A stretch of 64,000 nucleotides of DNA from Dehalococcoidia bacterium (lineage in GTDB: Bacteria; Chloroflexota; Dehalococcoidia; GIF9; AB-539-J10): NCBI GenBank assembly GCA_030605765.1, contig JAUWHP010000033.1, positions 7,812 to 71,811 of the forward strand. The letters run 5' to 3'. This document shows positions 56,426 through 64,000 of the stretch, piece by piece. Position 1 is the first letter of the stretch, and each line of letters starts with the position of its first letter. A model generated the notes under the pieces. That model saw nothing but the letters and a program-made list of their open reading frames with translations, was not told the DNA's origin and made no database searches. Both the position numbers and the translations under genes were made by a program.

Positions 56426-58361
56426 TTTCTATCAGTCCTTCCTGTACCGACCTTACCTTAATGCCAGTTGTTACTATACCTTTCCTGCCATCTCTATAGG
56501 TTACCGCAGCTTCAACCTTTATCTCTTTTCCATCATTATACATGCTCTCTATTAAGTGTCCATATCGCTCTTTGATAAAATCCCTTCTTAACTTCCTGGT
56601 TCTGGTAAGTTCAGCTTCATCAGGGTCAAACTCTTTGTGCAGCAAGACAAATTTCCTCACTCTGGTTGGCTCAGGCAGATAGCTGTTTACGCGCACCACA
56701 TCCTTTTGCACCAGGTCAGCAACTTCTTTTTTCTGGGACAGGTCAGCAAAAGTGGTATAGGGCAGCCGACTATGTTCTGCCCACTTGCCTACCATGGTGA
56801 AATCGATGTTTATTATGGCTGAGACAAAATCTTTATCTTTACCGCCTATGACCATAGCATCCTTAATATACGGGCTGAATCTTAGTCTGCCCTCAATATA
56901 TTGGGGAGCGTATTTGACCCCTGAACTTAGCTCACTCATATGGTTCAGTCGGTCCAGGAATATCAGATGCCCTTTTGCATCAATATTGACTGCATCCCCA
57001 GTATGGCACCAGCCATCTATCAAGACAGCAGCAGTTTTTTCTGGGTCCTTATGATAACCAGCAAACATAGAATCACTTCTAACCAGGAGCTCTCCTTCAT
57101 CAGTTATCCTGGCCTCAGTGTCAAGTGCTGGTCGCCCTACACTTTCAAAATTGATTTCCCCTTTACTGTGTGAAGAGATGAAGCCAGCTTCCGTACTAGC
57201 GTAATTCTGTCTTAACTCAATGCCTATGGCATGAATTAGCCGGAAGGTGTCCAGGCTCAATGTAGAACTTCCGGTGACAGCAAACCTGAGTTTACTCAGT
57301 CCTAGTTTATCCTTGAGTGGTCTGAATAGAAATAAATCGGCGATGCCGTGAAGAGCTCGCCAGAACAGGTTCGGAGTTTTACCCTGGAAATCGATATCTG
57401 CAATTTTATGCCCCACCGGCAGAAATAGGTTATAGCAAAAGCGTTTTAAGGGGTTCGCATCGATCATCTTCACCTGGATTTCACTAACCAGGTTTTCCCA
57501 TTGCCGCGGACCATATATCACGAAGTTGGGGCCGGTTTCACGAGTATCCCCGATAATGGTTTCAGGCTCCTCAGGAAAGTTCAGTCTGGCGCCAGTCAAT
57601 AGATGGGGAATAGTAGCGAAAAAGCTGTCACCTACCCAGGCAATCGGGAAGTTGGACACTAAATCATCGGTTTCGTTTAAGGGATAACGACTGAGGAACC
57701 CTCGAGCCGTATTTATTAAAGCTCGATGGGTAAGTCTAGCGCCCTTAGGCAAACCAGTGGTTCCTGAGGTATAGTAAATGAAGGCGATGTCATCTTCTCG
57801 GCCTTTCTCTACATTTTGCTCAAACAAACCGGCATGTGTTTCCTCGTATTCTTTGCCCAGCTTCATTACTGTGGTCAAGCTGATAAGAATGGGTTCATCA
57901 TAGTTCTTCAGGCCCTTGGGATCCCAGTAAATGACCTTCTTAAGTAAAGGTAGTTCATCCTTGATTTCCAAAAACTTATCAGCCTGCTCCTGATCGTTAA
58001 CCAGGGCAAATTTGGCATCAGAGTGAGTAGCAATGTATTTCACCTCAGAAGGAATACAGTCAACAAAGATCCCAGTAACAATACCTCCGGCTGCCTGAGT
58101 GGCAAATTCTCCCCATAACCATTCCGGTTCATTGTCTCCAATAATGCAAACCACATCTCCTTGTTCCAATCCTAGGCTTATCAGGCCGAGCGAGATGTAT
58201 TTTACGTTTTCATAGTAATCCTTCCAGCTATACCTTTGCCAGATACCGAACTTTTTCATGCACATGGCCGTCCACTCGCCCCATTTTGCATAGTTACCTT
58301 GAATGACCTGGGGAAGTGTATTCCCATTTTCCCTCGCCATCGTTTTCATCTTGTTATCCAT
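56418..58361 (-). CDS. AMP-dependent synthetase/ligase (long-chain acyl-CoA synthetase-like)
   Basis: 647 aa with AMP-binding motifs YTSGTTGLPKG and GWCHTGD. Confidence 0.85.
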   Translation of the reverse strand: MDNKMKTMARENGNTLPQVIQGNYAKWGEWTAMCMKKFGIWQRYSWKDYYENVKYISLGLISLGLEQGDVVCIIGDNEPEWLWGEFATQAAGGIVTGIFVDCIPSEVKYIATHSDAKFALVNDQEQADKFLEIKDELPLLKKVIYWDPKGLKNYDEPILISLTTVMKLGKEYEETHAGLFEQNVEKGREDDIAFIYYTSGTTGLPKGARLTHRALINTARGFLSRYPLNETDDLVSNFPIAWVGDSFFATIPHLLTGARLNFPEEPETIIGDTRETGPNFVIYGPRQWENLVSEIQVKMIDANPLKRFCYNLFLPVGHKIADIDFQGKTPNLFWRALHGIADLFLFRPLKDKLGLSKLRFAVTGSSTLSLDTFRLIHAIGIELRQNYASTEAGFISSHSKGEINFESVGRPALDTEARITDEGELLVRSDSMFAGYHKDPEKTAAVLIDGWCHTGDAVNIDAKGHLIFLDRLNHMSELSSGVKYAPQYIEGRLRFSPYIKDAMVIGGKDKDFVSAIINIDFTMVGKWAEHSRLPYTTFADLSQKKEVADLVQKDVVRVNSYLPEPTRVRKFVLLHKEFDPDEAELTRTRKLRRDFIKERYGHLIESMYNDGKEIKVEAAVTYRDGRKGIVTTGIKVRSVQEGLIENG

Positions 58362-58683
58362 GCGTTCGTTTATGAAACGCTATTTAATAAAAGAGGGTAC
58401 CTCTCGCTTAGAGGCGCCCTTCATCAGATTACCGAATCAAAATTATTTACTTACATAAATACACGTCAAGTCCTCTAAGCGCACCCGGGTGCGCTTGGTA
58501 AAGACGAATTCAAATCCACCTCTTCTATGAAAATCAGTCAACATCGCGGTAGTATGCTCATTCACTAACTTAATAATAGATATCCTATCATAACCAAAAT
58601 CATTCTGTCAAAACAAAGAGTAACAGTAACGCTGGCTATCAGGTGACTCTTTTAGCTTTTGGCATACTATAGTTGAGCGGCAG

Positions 58684-59115
58684 TCAATGATTGAGCCTGG
58701 CCATGGGAATGGTTGTACCTGTGGCCTTGGCTATGATCTTGCCCTTCTGGTTAGTCACCGTCATTTCGGAGATACCAACCCTTCGGCCGCTCTTCAGCAC
58801 CCAGCACTCAGCGGTGAGTTCGTCACCGATGCTAGCACCGGCTAGAAAGTGAATGTTGAACTGGGAAGCTATGCTAGGATGAGTTAGAGAATTGGATGCA
58901 TAGGCAAATGCCTGATCAGCCACTGCCATAATGATACCACCGAAGATTAGCCCATTAAAATTTTGGTATTCAGGCACTAATTTCATCGTCACCTTGGCAT
59001 GGCCCTGGGATAGCTCCAGCAAGTGCATTTCAAGAAGAGAGGCAATGGGCTCTCCGTCTACTTTGGCTTTCAATTCTGCTAGAGCATGAGATGCTTCGTT
59101 TCCTTGTCCTGACAT
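58684..59115 (-). CDS. PaaI-type hotdog-fold thioesterase
   Basis: Hotdog motif GLIFGGIIMAVADQAFA. Strong RBS AAGGAG 6 nt upstream of ATG 59115. The track ORF runs further upstream without support. Confidence 0.75.
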   Translation of the reverse strand: MSGQGNEASHALAELKAKVDGEPIASLLEMHLLELSQGHAKVTMKLVPEYQNFNGLIFGGIIMAVADQAFAYASNSLTHPSIASQFNIHFLAGASIGDELTAECWVLKSGRRVGISEMTVTNQKGKIIAKATGTTIPMARLNH

Positions 59116-59167
59116 CTTAACTCCTTTCGTTTCTTTTTGAGCCTGTGATGCTTTCCACAGTGGTAGT

Positions 59168-60379
59168 TCATGAACTTGGGTTGAATTTCTGGGCAGCCTT
59201 TCGGAAACCAGCCAGGGAACCTTTGATTGTCCTGTCATCAACACAGTACGATATGCGAAAATATCCGGGTGACCCAAAGCCGCGGCCGGGCACAGTCAGC
59301 ACCTTCATCTGTTGTAGCTCTCGCACAAAAGCAGCGTCATCTTTCAGAGGGGATTTGGGAAACATGTAAAAAGCCCCTTGAGGTTTTATTACTGAATAGC
59401 CCATCTTGGTAAGGCTGCTATACAGGAAATCTCTCTTTCTCTGATACTCGGCCACAGGTATGGTAACCTGCTGCAGGTGGCGTACTATGCGCTGCATCAA
59501 AGCTGGGGCATTGACATAGCCCAGCGTTCGGTTGCAGAAGGTAAGGCCATTTACTAGCTCCTGTTGCTGGTTACAGGCAGGACTCACGGCAATGTAGCCA
59601 ATACGTTCACCGGGTAGTGACAAATCCTTGGAGTGGGAAGTGGCGATAATACTGCGTGGATGATGCTGCAGAATTGATGGATATTTCAATCCGTCGTAGA
59701 TAATTCTGCGATAGGCTTCATCACTGATGAGAGAAATTTGTGTCTCGTATTGGGCTTCCTTTTTGCGAAGCATTTCTCCCAGCTGATGTAGAGAGTCCTC
59801 ACTATAGACAATGCCCGTAGGGTTGTTGGGGGAATTTATGATTACCGCTTTGGTTTTAGCTCCAATAGTAGGTTCGAGAGCACCGAGATTGATTGTGAAC
59901 TGCTCCCCTGCGGGCAGAATCCTGGCTACTCCGCCGTGGTTGTCAACATAGTTGATGTACTCCGCAAAATAAGGTGCGAATATAATAACCTCATCTCCCG
60001 GATTGAGTATTGTTTTCAGTACTACGTTCAATGCTCCTGCAGCCCCACAGGTCATGATAATATCGTTCATGGTGAACTTGAAACCGGTCTCCAGGGATAG
60101 CTGTTTGGCAACAGCCGCCCTTGTTTCGGCATAACCGGCATTTTCCATATATCTATGCATTCCTGGCAAGGGATGCTCTGCCAGATTTCTCAGCTCCTGG
60201 TGAAACTCAGCAGGCGGTTCAATTATCGGATTGCCTAGAGAAAGATCGAAGACATTCTCCTCACCATAGCGCTGTTTCAGGATAGTCCCTTCCTCAAACA
60301 TTCGTCTGATCCAGGATCCCTCAATTATGCCTTTCTGTATTTTCTCAGAGATGGACACTGCGCATTTCCTTTCTACCAT
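59168..60379 (-). CDS. pyridoxal-phosphate-dependent aminotransferase, class I/II (aromatic/aspartate aminotransferase-like)
   Basis: Conserved N-terminus ISEKIQKGIIEGSWIRRMFE...NVFDLSLGNP and PLP-lysine region SHSKDLSLPGERIGY. Start is ATG 60379, or GTG 60358 with an AGGA RBS. Confidence 0.85.
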   Translation of the reverse strand: MVERKCAVSISEKIQKGIIEGSWIRRMFEEGTILKQRYGEENVFDLSLGNPIIEPPAEFHQELRNLAEHPLPGMHRYMENAGYAETRAAVAKQLSLETGFKFTMNDIIMTCGAAGALNVVLKTILNPGDEVIIFAPYFAEYINYVDNHGGVARILPAGEQFTINLGALEPTIGAKTKAVIINSPNNPTGIVYSEDSLHQLGEMLRKKEAQYETQISLISDEAYRRIIYDGLKYPSILQHHPRSIIATSHSKDLSLPGERIGYIAVSPACNQQQELVNGLTFCNRTLGYVNAPALMQRIVRHLQQVTIPVAEYQRKRDFLYSSLTKMGYSVIKPQGAFYMFPKSPLKDDAAFVRELQQMKVLTVPGRGFGSPGYFRISYCVDDRTIKGSLAGFRKAAQKFNPSS

Positions 60380-60941
60380 TGCGGAAGGCGGTAATGTTGA
60401 TTTCACGGATATTTGGTGATAGGCGTTGGGAGATACCATCTTCCCAGGCATGGACTTCGAGAGGTACAAAAACTGAGGCAGTCCCCAGCATGAACATGTT
60501 GAGTGTTCTGATATTGCCCAGTTCTCTGGCCCGGCGTGTGGCATCGATGAAATAAATACGGTCTGTCTGCCGCTTCAGAATATCGGTTATCTCTTTATCG
60601 CTGGGGTATCGTTCGTTGCCCATATTGACGGATAACGGCGGGAGCGCCAGGTTATTGATAATCGCTATTCCTCCATGTCGGAGGTAGTAACACCACCTGG
60701 CCGCCTCCAACTTCTCAAAGGCGACCAGTATGTCGACATCGCCTTTCTTGATTAAGGGAGAGCAGACCCGCTGGCCTATTCGCACATGGCTTACCACACT
60801 GCCGCCTCGCTGTGCCATACCTAGGGTATCCGTTTTCTTAACATCGTATCCAGCAATTAAAGCTGCCTCGGCTATTATGTCAGTGGCTAGAACAATTCCC
60901 TGGCCTCCCACCCCGGTAACAAACATATCTAATTTCTTCAC
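60345..60941 (-). CDS. iorB: indolepyruvate ferredoxin oxidoreductase subunit beta
   Basis: 198 aa with N-terminus MKKLDMFVTGVGGQGIVLATDI typical of IorB and the pyruvate/ketoisovalerate oxidoreductase gamma family. Confidence 0.85.
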   Translation of the reverse strand: MKKLDMFVTGVGGQGIVLATDIIAEAALIAGYDVKKTDTLGMAQRGGSVVSHVRIGQRVCSPLIKKGDVDILVAFEKLEAARWCYYLRHGGIAIINNLALPPLSVNMGNERYPSDKEITDILKRQTDRIYFIDATRRARELGNIRTLNMFMLGTASVFVPLEVHAWEDGISQRLSPNIREINITAFRNGRKEMRSVHL

Positions 60942-62764
60942 AGTGATTTCGCGGCCTCAATCTTGGATTGCTGATCTATTGCCTGCCGGGGGCAAATCTG
61001 CTGACAAATTGTGCAGGCGGCACCCACACACATACTGGTGTCAATGTAAACTCGTTCTTTTTCCCTTTGAATAGCTGGGCAGCCAAGCTGGAGGCAAATG
61101 CCACACAGGTTGCATTTCTCAGTATCAATGGCCCTGGGCTCAGAGCGTGTCGGCACACGCACCGAACAGGCACCACGGGCTATAATGACCGACAATTCGG
61201 GGCTCTCTAGTGCGCTCTTGACAGCATTCCTCAGTTGTTTCATATTGAAGGCATCGACCACCTTGACATCGCTGACGCCGATACCCCGAACCAGTTGCTC
61301 TAGTTCCACTGCCTTGGTCTTTTTGCCTTGTGCTGAAATACCAGTGCCCGGGTGTTCCTGATGGCCAGTCATGGCAGTGGTGCCATTATCGAGGATTATG
61401 ATTGTTATCTGTCCTTTAGTGTAAACAGCGTTGACCAATCCGGTGATACCAGAATGCATGAAGGTAGAATCACCGATGATGGCTACCAATTTCTTTGCTA
61501 TACCAGCTTTCTCCATGCCCAGGGCGTTGCCAATGCTGGCACCCATACAGGCACAGGTGTCCATGGCATTGAGGGGGGGATAGGTGCCCAGGGTGTAGCA
61601 GCCAATATCTCCGGTTATGACCAGGCTCGATTCCTTCGGTGTCTTAACCCGGGATTTCATTGGTTTGGAACGCTGCCCGATACTGCTGAGCGTAAAGAAT
61701 ATGCCAGTATGTGGGCAGCCGGGGCATAAGAGGGGAGGGCGTTTGGGCAAATTCAGTGCTGTATCTTCCACATGCCGTGGTGAAGTTTCAGACAGTAACC
61801 CTGTGCGCTGGCCTCCTTTCTCAATAATATCCACGTTTAACTCACCTACCGCGGGGATGAATTCTTTCCCCGTAACTTTTATCCCCATGGCCTGGATATT
61901 TTCTTGCAGAAATGGGTCGAGTTCCTCTATGACTATTACCCTGTCCACTTGAGCGGCGAAACTAAGGAGTAAATTTTGGGGAAGGGGGTAGGTCATACCC
62001 AGTTTAAGAAAGGAGGCTTGAGGGAAGGCCTCTCTGGCATACTGGTAAGCAACGCCGCTGGTCACTATGCCAAGACGGTGTTCACCCCATAATGCCTGAT
62101 TAAAAGTGAAGGTCTCGGCATAAGCGGCTAGCTTGGCCAGGCGCTCCTCTATCAATGGATGTCTGAGCCGGGCATGAATCGGCAGCATGACATATTTTTT
62201 TGCAGCGTAGTGGAAATTTGCCTGCCTGGCTGGTGCCAATCTCTTCTGGTTCACCTCCACCACTGACTTTGAGTGGGAGATGCGAGTGGTGACGCGCACC
62301 AGCACGGGCGTGTCAAATTTTTCGCTGATGTCAAAAGCGTATGCCATAAGCTTATAGGCTTCCTGGCTATCGCTGGGCTCCAGCATAGGCACTTTGGCTA
62401 ATCTGGCATAGTGGCGGTTATCCTGCTCGTTCTGTGAGCTATGTATTCCCGGGTCATCGGCGCAGATTATAACCATCCCGGCATTGACCCCGGTTGTCGA
62501 GGCTGCCATAAAAGGGTCGCTGGCCACATTCAAGCCCACCTGTTTCAAAGACACCAGTGAGCGCACGCCAGCGTAGGCTGCCCCCATCGCCACCTCCATA
62601 GCTACCTTTTCATTTGTTGACCATTCGGCGTAGATGTCGTCGTGGCGAGCCAGAGATTCAAGTATTTCGGTGCTCGGGGTTCCGGGATAAGCGGTGGCTA
62701 TCTTTACGCCAGCATGGTAGGCCCCTAAGGCTAGAGCCTCGTTCCCGGATAGGAGTTTTATCAT
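60938..62764 (-). CDS. iorA: indolepyruvate ferredoxin oxidoreductase subunit alpha
   Basis: Conserved N-terminus MIKLLSGNEALALGAYHAGVKIATAYPGTPSTEI at an internal Met (the track ORF extends 31 codons further). A TPP-binding GDIGCYTLG region and a C-terminal 2x[4Fe-4S] region (CNLCGICLQLGCP...CVGAACTICQQICP) are present. Confidence 0.9.
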   Translation of the reverse strand: MIKLLSGNEALALGAYHAGVKIATAYPGTPSTEILESLARHDDIYAEWSTNEKVAMEVAMGAAYAGVRSLVSLKQVGLNVASDPFMAASTTGVNAGMVIICADDPGIHSSQNEQDNRHYARLAKVPMLEPSDSQEAYKLMAYAFDISEKFDTPVLVRVTTRISHSKSVVEVNQKRLAPARQANFHYAAKKYVMLPIHARLRHPLIEERLAKLAAYAETFTFNQALWGEHRLGIVTSGVAYQYAREAFPQASFLKLGMTYPLPQNLLLSFAAQVDRVIVIEELDPFLQENIQAMGIKVTGKEFIPAVGELNVDIIEKGGQRTGLLSETSPRHVEDTALNLPKRPPLLCPGCPHTGIFFTLSSIGQRSKPMKSRVKTPKESSLVITGDIGCYTLGTYPPLNAMDTCACMGASIGNALGMEKAGIAKKLVAIIGDSTFMHSGITGLVNAVYTKGQITIIILDNGTTAMTGHQEHPGTGISAQGKKTKAVELEQLVRGIGVSDVKVVDAFNMKQLRNAVKSALESPELSVIIARGACSVRVPTRSEPRAIDTEKCNLCGICLQLGCPAIQREKERVYIDTSMCVGAACTICQQICPRQAIDQQSKIEAAKSL

Positions 62765-62898
62765 CTTCGCCAAATCATACCATAGCTTGCCTGTTAGAGA
62801 AACATAGATAAAAACAGAGAATAAACCCTTCGCCATATTGACAAACAGGTAAGCCATGTCCGCATAATATGGTCAAAGAATCTGGCTAGAAGGAGGTA

Positions 62899-63204
62899 GT
62901 GATGTCTGTTTATCTTATGCTTACCACTCTTACTGACAATGGCAGGGAAGCCGTTCAGGAAGACCCGGAGAGGCTCAGGGAAATTAATAAGGAGGTGGAG
63001 TATATGGGAATTAAGATACTGAGCCAGTATGCCCTTTTGGGTCAGTATGACTTCGTCAATATAGTCGAAGCTCCGAGCAATGAAGCTATGGCTAAGCTGG
63101 CAATAAGGTTGAGCGTTAAGGGAACCTTCCAAACCCTGACTCTGGCAGCAATTACTATCAAATCTCTAATTGCTGCTCTGAAGAAGCGGGAAAGTCCGTG
63201 GTAA
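62899..63204 (+). CDS. GYD-domain protein
   Basis: MMSVYLMLTTLTDNGREAVQEDPERLREINKEVEYMGIKILSQYALLGQYDFVNIVEAPSNE matches the GYD family signature. Confidence 0.75.
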   Translation: MMSVYLMLTTLTDNGREAVQEDPERLREINKEVEYMGIKILSQYALLGQYDFVNIVEAPSNEAMAKLAIRLSVKGTFQTLTLAAITIKSLIAALKKRESPW

Positions 63205-63352
63205 TTCATTTGATATCTTATGCTTTCCCGCACTGATGCCCAAAATTGATAGGGAGTAACCTGTGTTGCTCGTGACAAATTAGCCTTAAGCTCTTCACTA
63301 ATGAGGTTGACCAGAAGGTATTACCAAAGTTGCCTTGCTTTGTTGTTGATTC

Positions 63353-63429
63353 TTGGTGAGCCGTGAGGGAGTCGAACCCTCGACACCCTGATTAAAAGTC
63401 AGGTGCTCTACCAACTGAGCTAACGGCCC
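63353..63429 (-). tRNA. tRNA-Lys (anticodon TTT), CCA encoded
   Basis: Minus-strand sequence gggccgttagctcagttggtagagcacctgaCTTTTAAtcagg...gagggttcgactccctc...cacca. The D-arm and anticodon arm are near-identical to bacterial tRNA-Lys(UUU). Exact ends are +/-2 nt because of an ambiguous acceptor pairing in my hand fold. Confidence 0.8.
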
Positions 63430-63485
63430 CTGATTTACGAGCTGTAGTTAAGAAAACTGCTGTGATGATACAGAATATGATTTTT

Positions 63486-63758
63486 CTATTCTGGTGTCAA
63501 AAGAGTAGAGATATAACAAGCAAACGCAGGATGAACATCACAGATATAGCCACCGTCAACGGCTTCAACAGAAAAAGCTACTCTGTTTGGTTTTCTAATC
63601 GGGTCACCAAATTTACTCAGCCCTGTTTCATCCCAGGGCATATTATGCCCTAATATCTCCAGAAAACCCTTCACATCTCTGGGATGGTCCAACATCACTT
63701 CAAAAGGAAGTTGCTGGGCTAACCCTGTTAGTTGTTCAGTTTTCAGTTTTACTCGCAT
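63486..63758 (-). CDS. hypothetical protein
   Basis: 90-aa ORF with no recognisable motif. Confidence 0.3.
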   Translation of the reverse strand: MRVKLKTEQLTGLAQQLPFEVMLDHPRDVKGFLEILGHNMPWDETGLSKFGDPIRKPNRVAFSVEAVDGGYICDVHPAFACYISTLLTPE

Positions 63759-63819
63759 ACGTAGTGAAGATTATACTTTGGTAGATGCAGAGTGTCAACA
63801 GAAGCTCTTCCATAGATTT

Positions 63820-64000
63820 TTATGTTCTCCGCCAGCTCAGAACGGCTAGAGTGCTAAGGCCAACGCCCGCAATTATTGCTCCATGCCAGCCAAGCAGACA
63901 CAGGCTGGTGACAATTGCCCCTGCAATGATTATCCCTGTAAGAATAGATAGAAAGGCATATCTGAATCTTAAGCCGAGCAAGAAAGCGGCAATAGACCCG
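63820..64000 (-). CDS. hypothetical membrane protein, C-terminal part (gene continues beyond the window end)
   Basis: Hydrophobic minus-strand ORF ...AAFLLGLRFRYAFLSILTGIIIAGAIVTSLCLLGWHGAIIAGVGLSTLAVLSWRRT with stop at 63820-63822. Confidence 0.35.
   Translation of the reverse strand, partial: GSIAAFLLGLRFRYAFLSILTGIIIAGAIVTSLCLLGWHGAIIAGVGLSTLAVLSWRRT

Noticed and set aside
58684-59277. Long form of the thioesterase ORF (197 aa) and overlapping plus-strand ORFs 59145-59369 and 59227-59412.
   Set aside because: The conserved hotdog domain begins at the internal Met with a perfect AAGGAG RBS (59115). The upstream extension is unconserved and would overlap the aminotransferase 3' end.
1-64000. 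CRISPR arrays, integrases/transposases and rRNA genes.
   Set aside because: I saw no regularly spaced direct repeats of 25-40 bp, no recognisable integrase/transposase/recombinase catalytic motifs, and no rRNA-like sequence anywhere in the window.

Overview
This 64 kb window looks like a chromosomal segment of an anaerobic bacterium. Gene content and tRNA features (TrpB2-type tryptophan synthase, short YidC, IorAB, several tRNAs without an encoded CCA) suggest Chloroflexota-like; this is inference only. Most of the window is housekeeping: a 3' partial clpC and a full clpC paralog, leuS, proC, coaD, rsmD, radA, ispDF, gatB, secG, metG, ftsH, rsfS, ndk, tsaA/B/E, thiL, the rpsF-ssb-rpsR and rpmH-rnpA-yidD-yidC-jag clusters, ileS, htrA and trpB. 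It also holds a 7-tRNA array, a tRNA-Ala and a tRNA-Lys. At 50.2-62.9 kb there is an aromatic/branched-chain amino-acid catabolic block: liv-type ABC transporter, two CoA ligases, thioesterase, aminotransferase and iorAB. The stand-out region is 16.25-23.14 kb. It is a co-directional ~7 kb operon-like locus behind a near-consensus sigma70 promoter. It encodes a DUF134-type putative regulator, four Gly/Met-rich small proteins (DUF5320-like), two NifX/NafY-like (Nitro_FeMo-Co) proteins, two FmdB zinc-ribbon proteins, two MinD-type P-loop ATPases with ferredoxin inserts, an Mrp/NBP35-like ATPase lacking the CxxC motif, an IscU-like scaffold and a ferredoxin. This looks like an uncharacterised metallocofactor-handling system with no cognate structural enzyme in the window. 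Other points of interest are a T-box leader with an intrinsic terminator upstream of trpB, a degenerate duplicate of the leuS 5' end upstream of leuS, a plsX N-terminal remnant, a pRiA4b-ORF3-like fragment, and a 20-bp perfect palindrome upstream of a CoA-ligase gene. No CRISPR array or intact transposase was seen.
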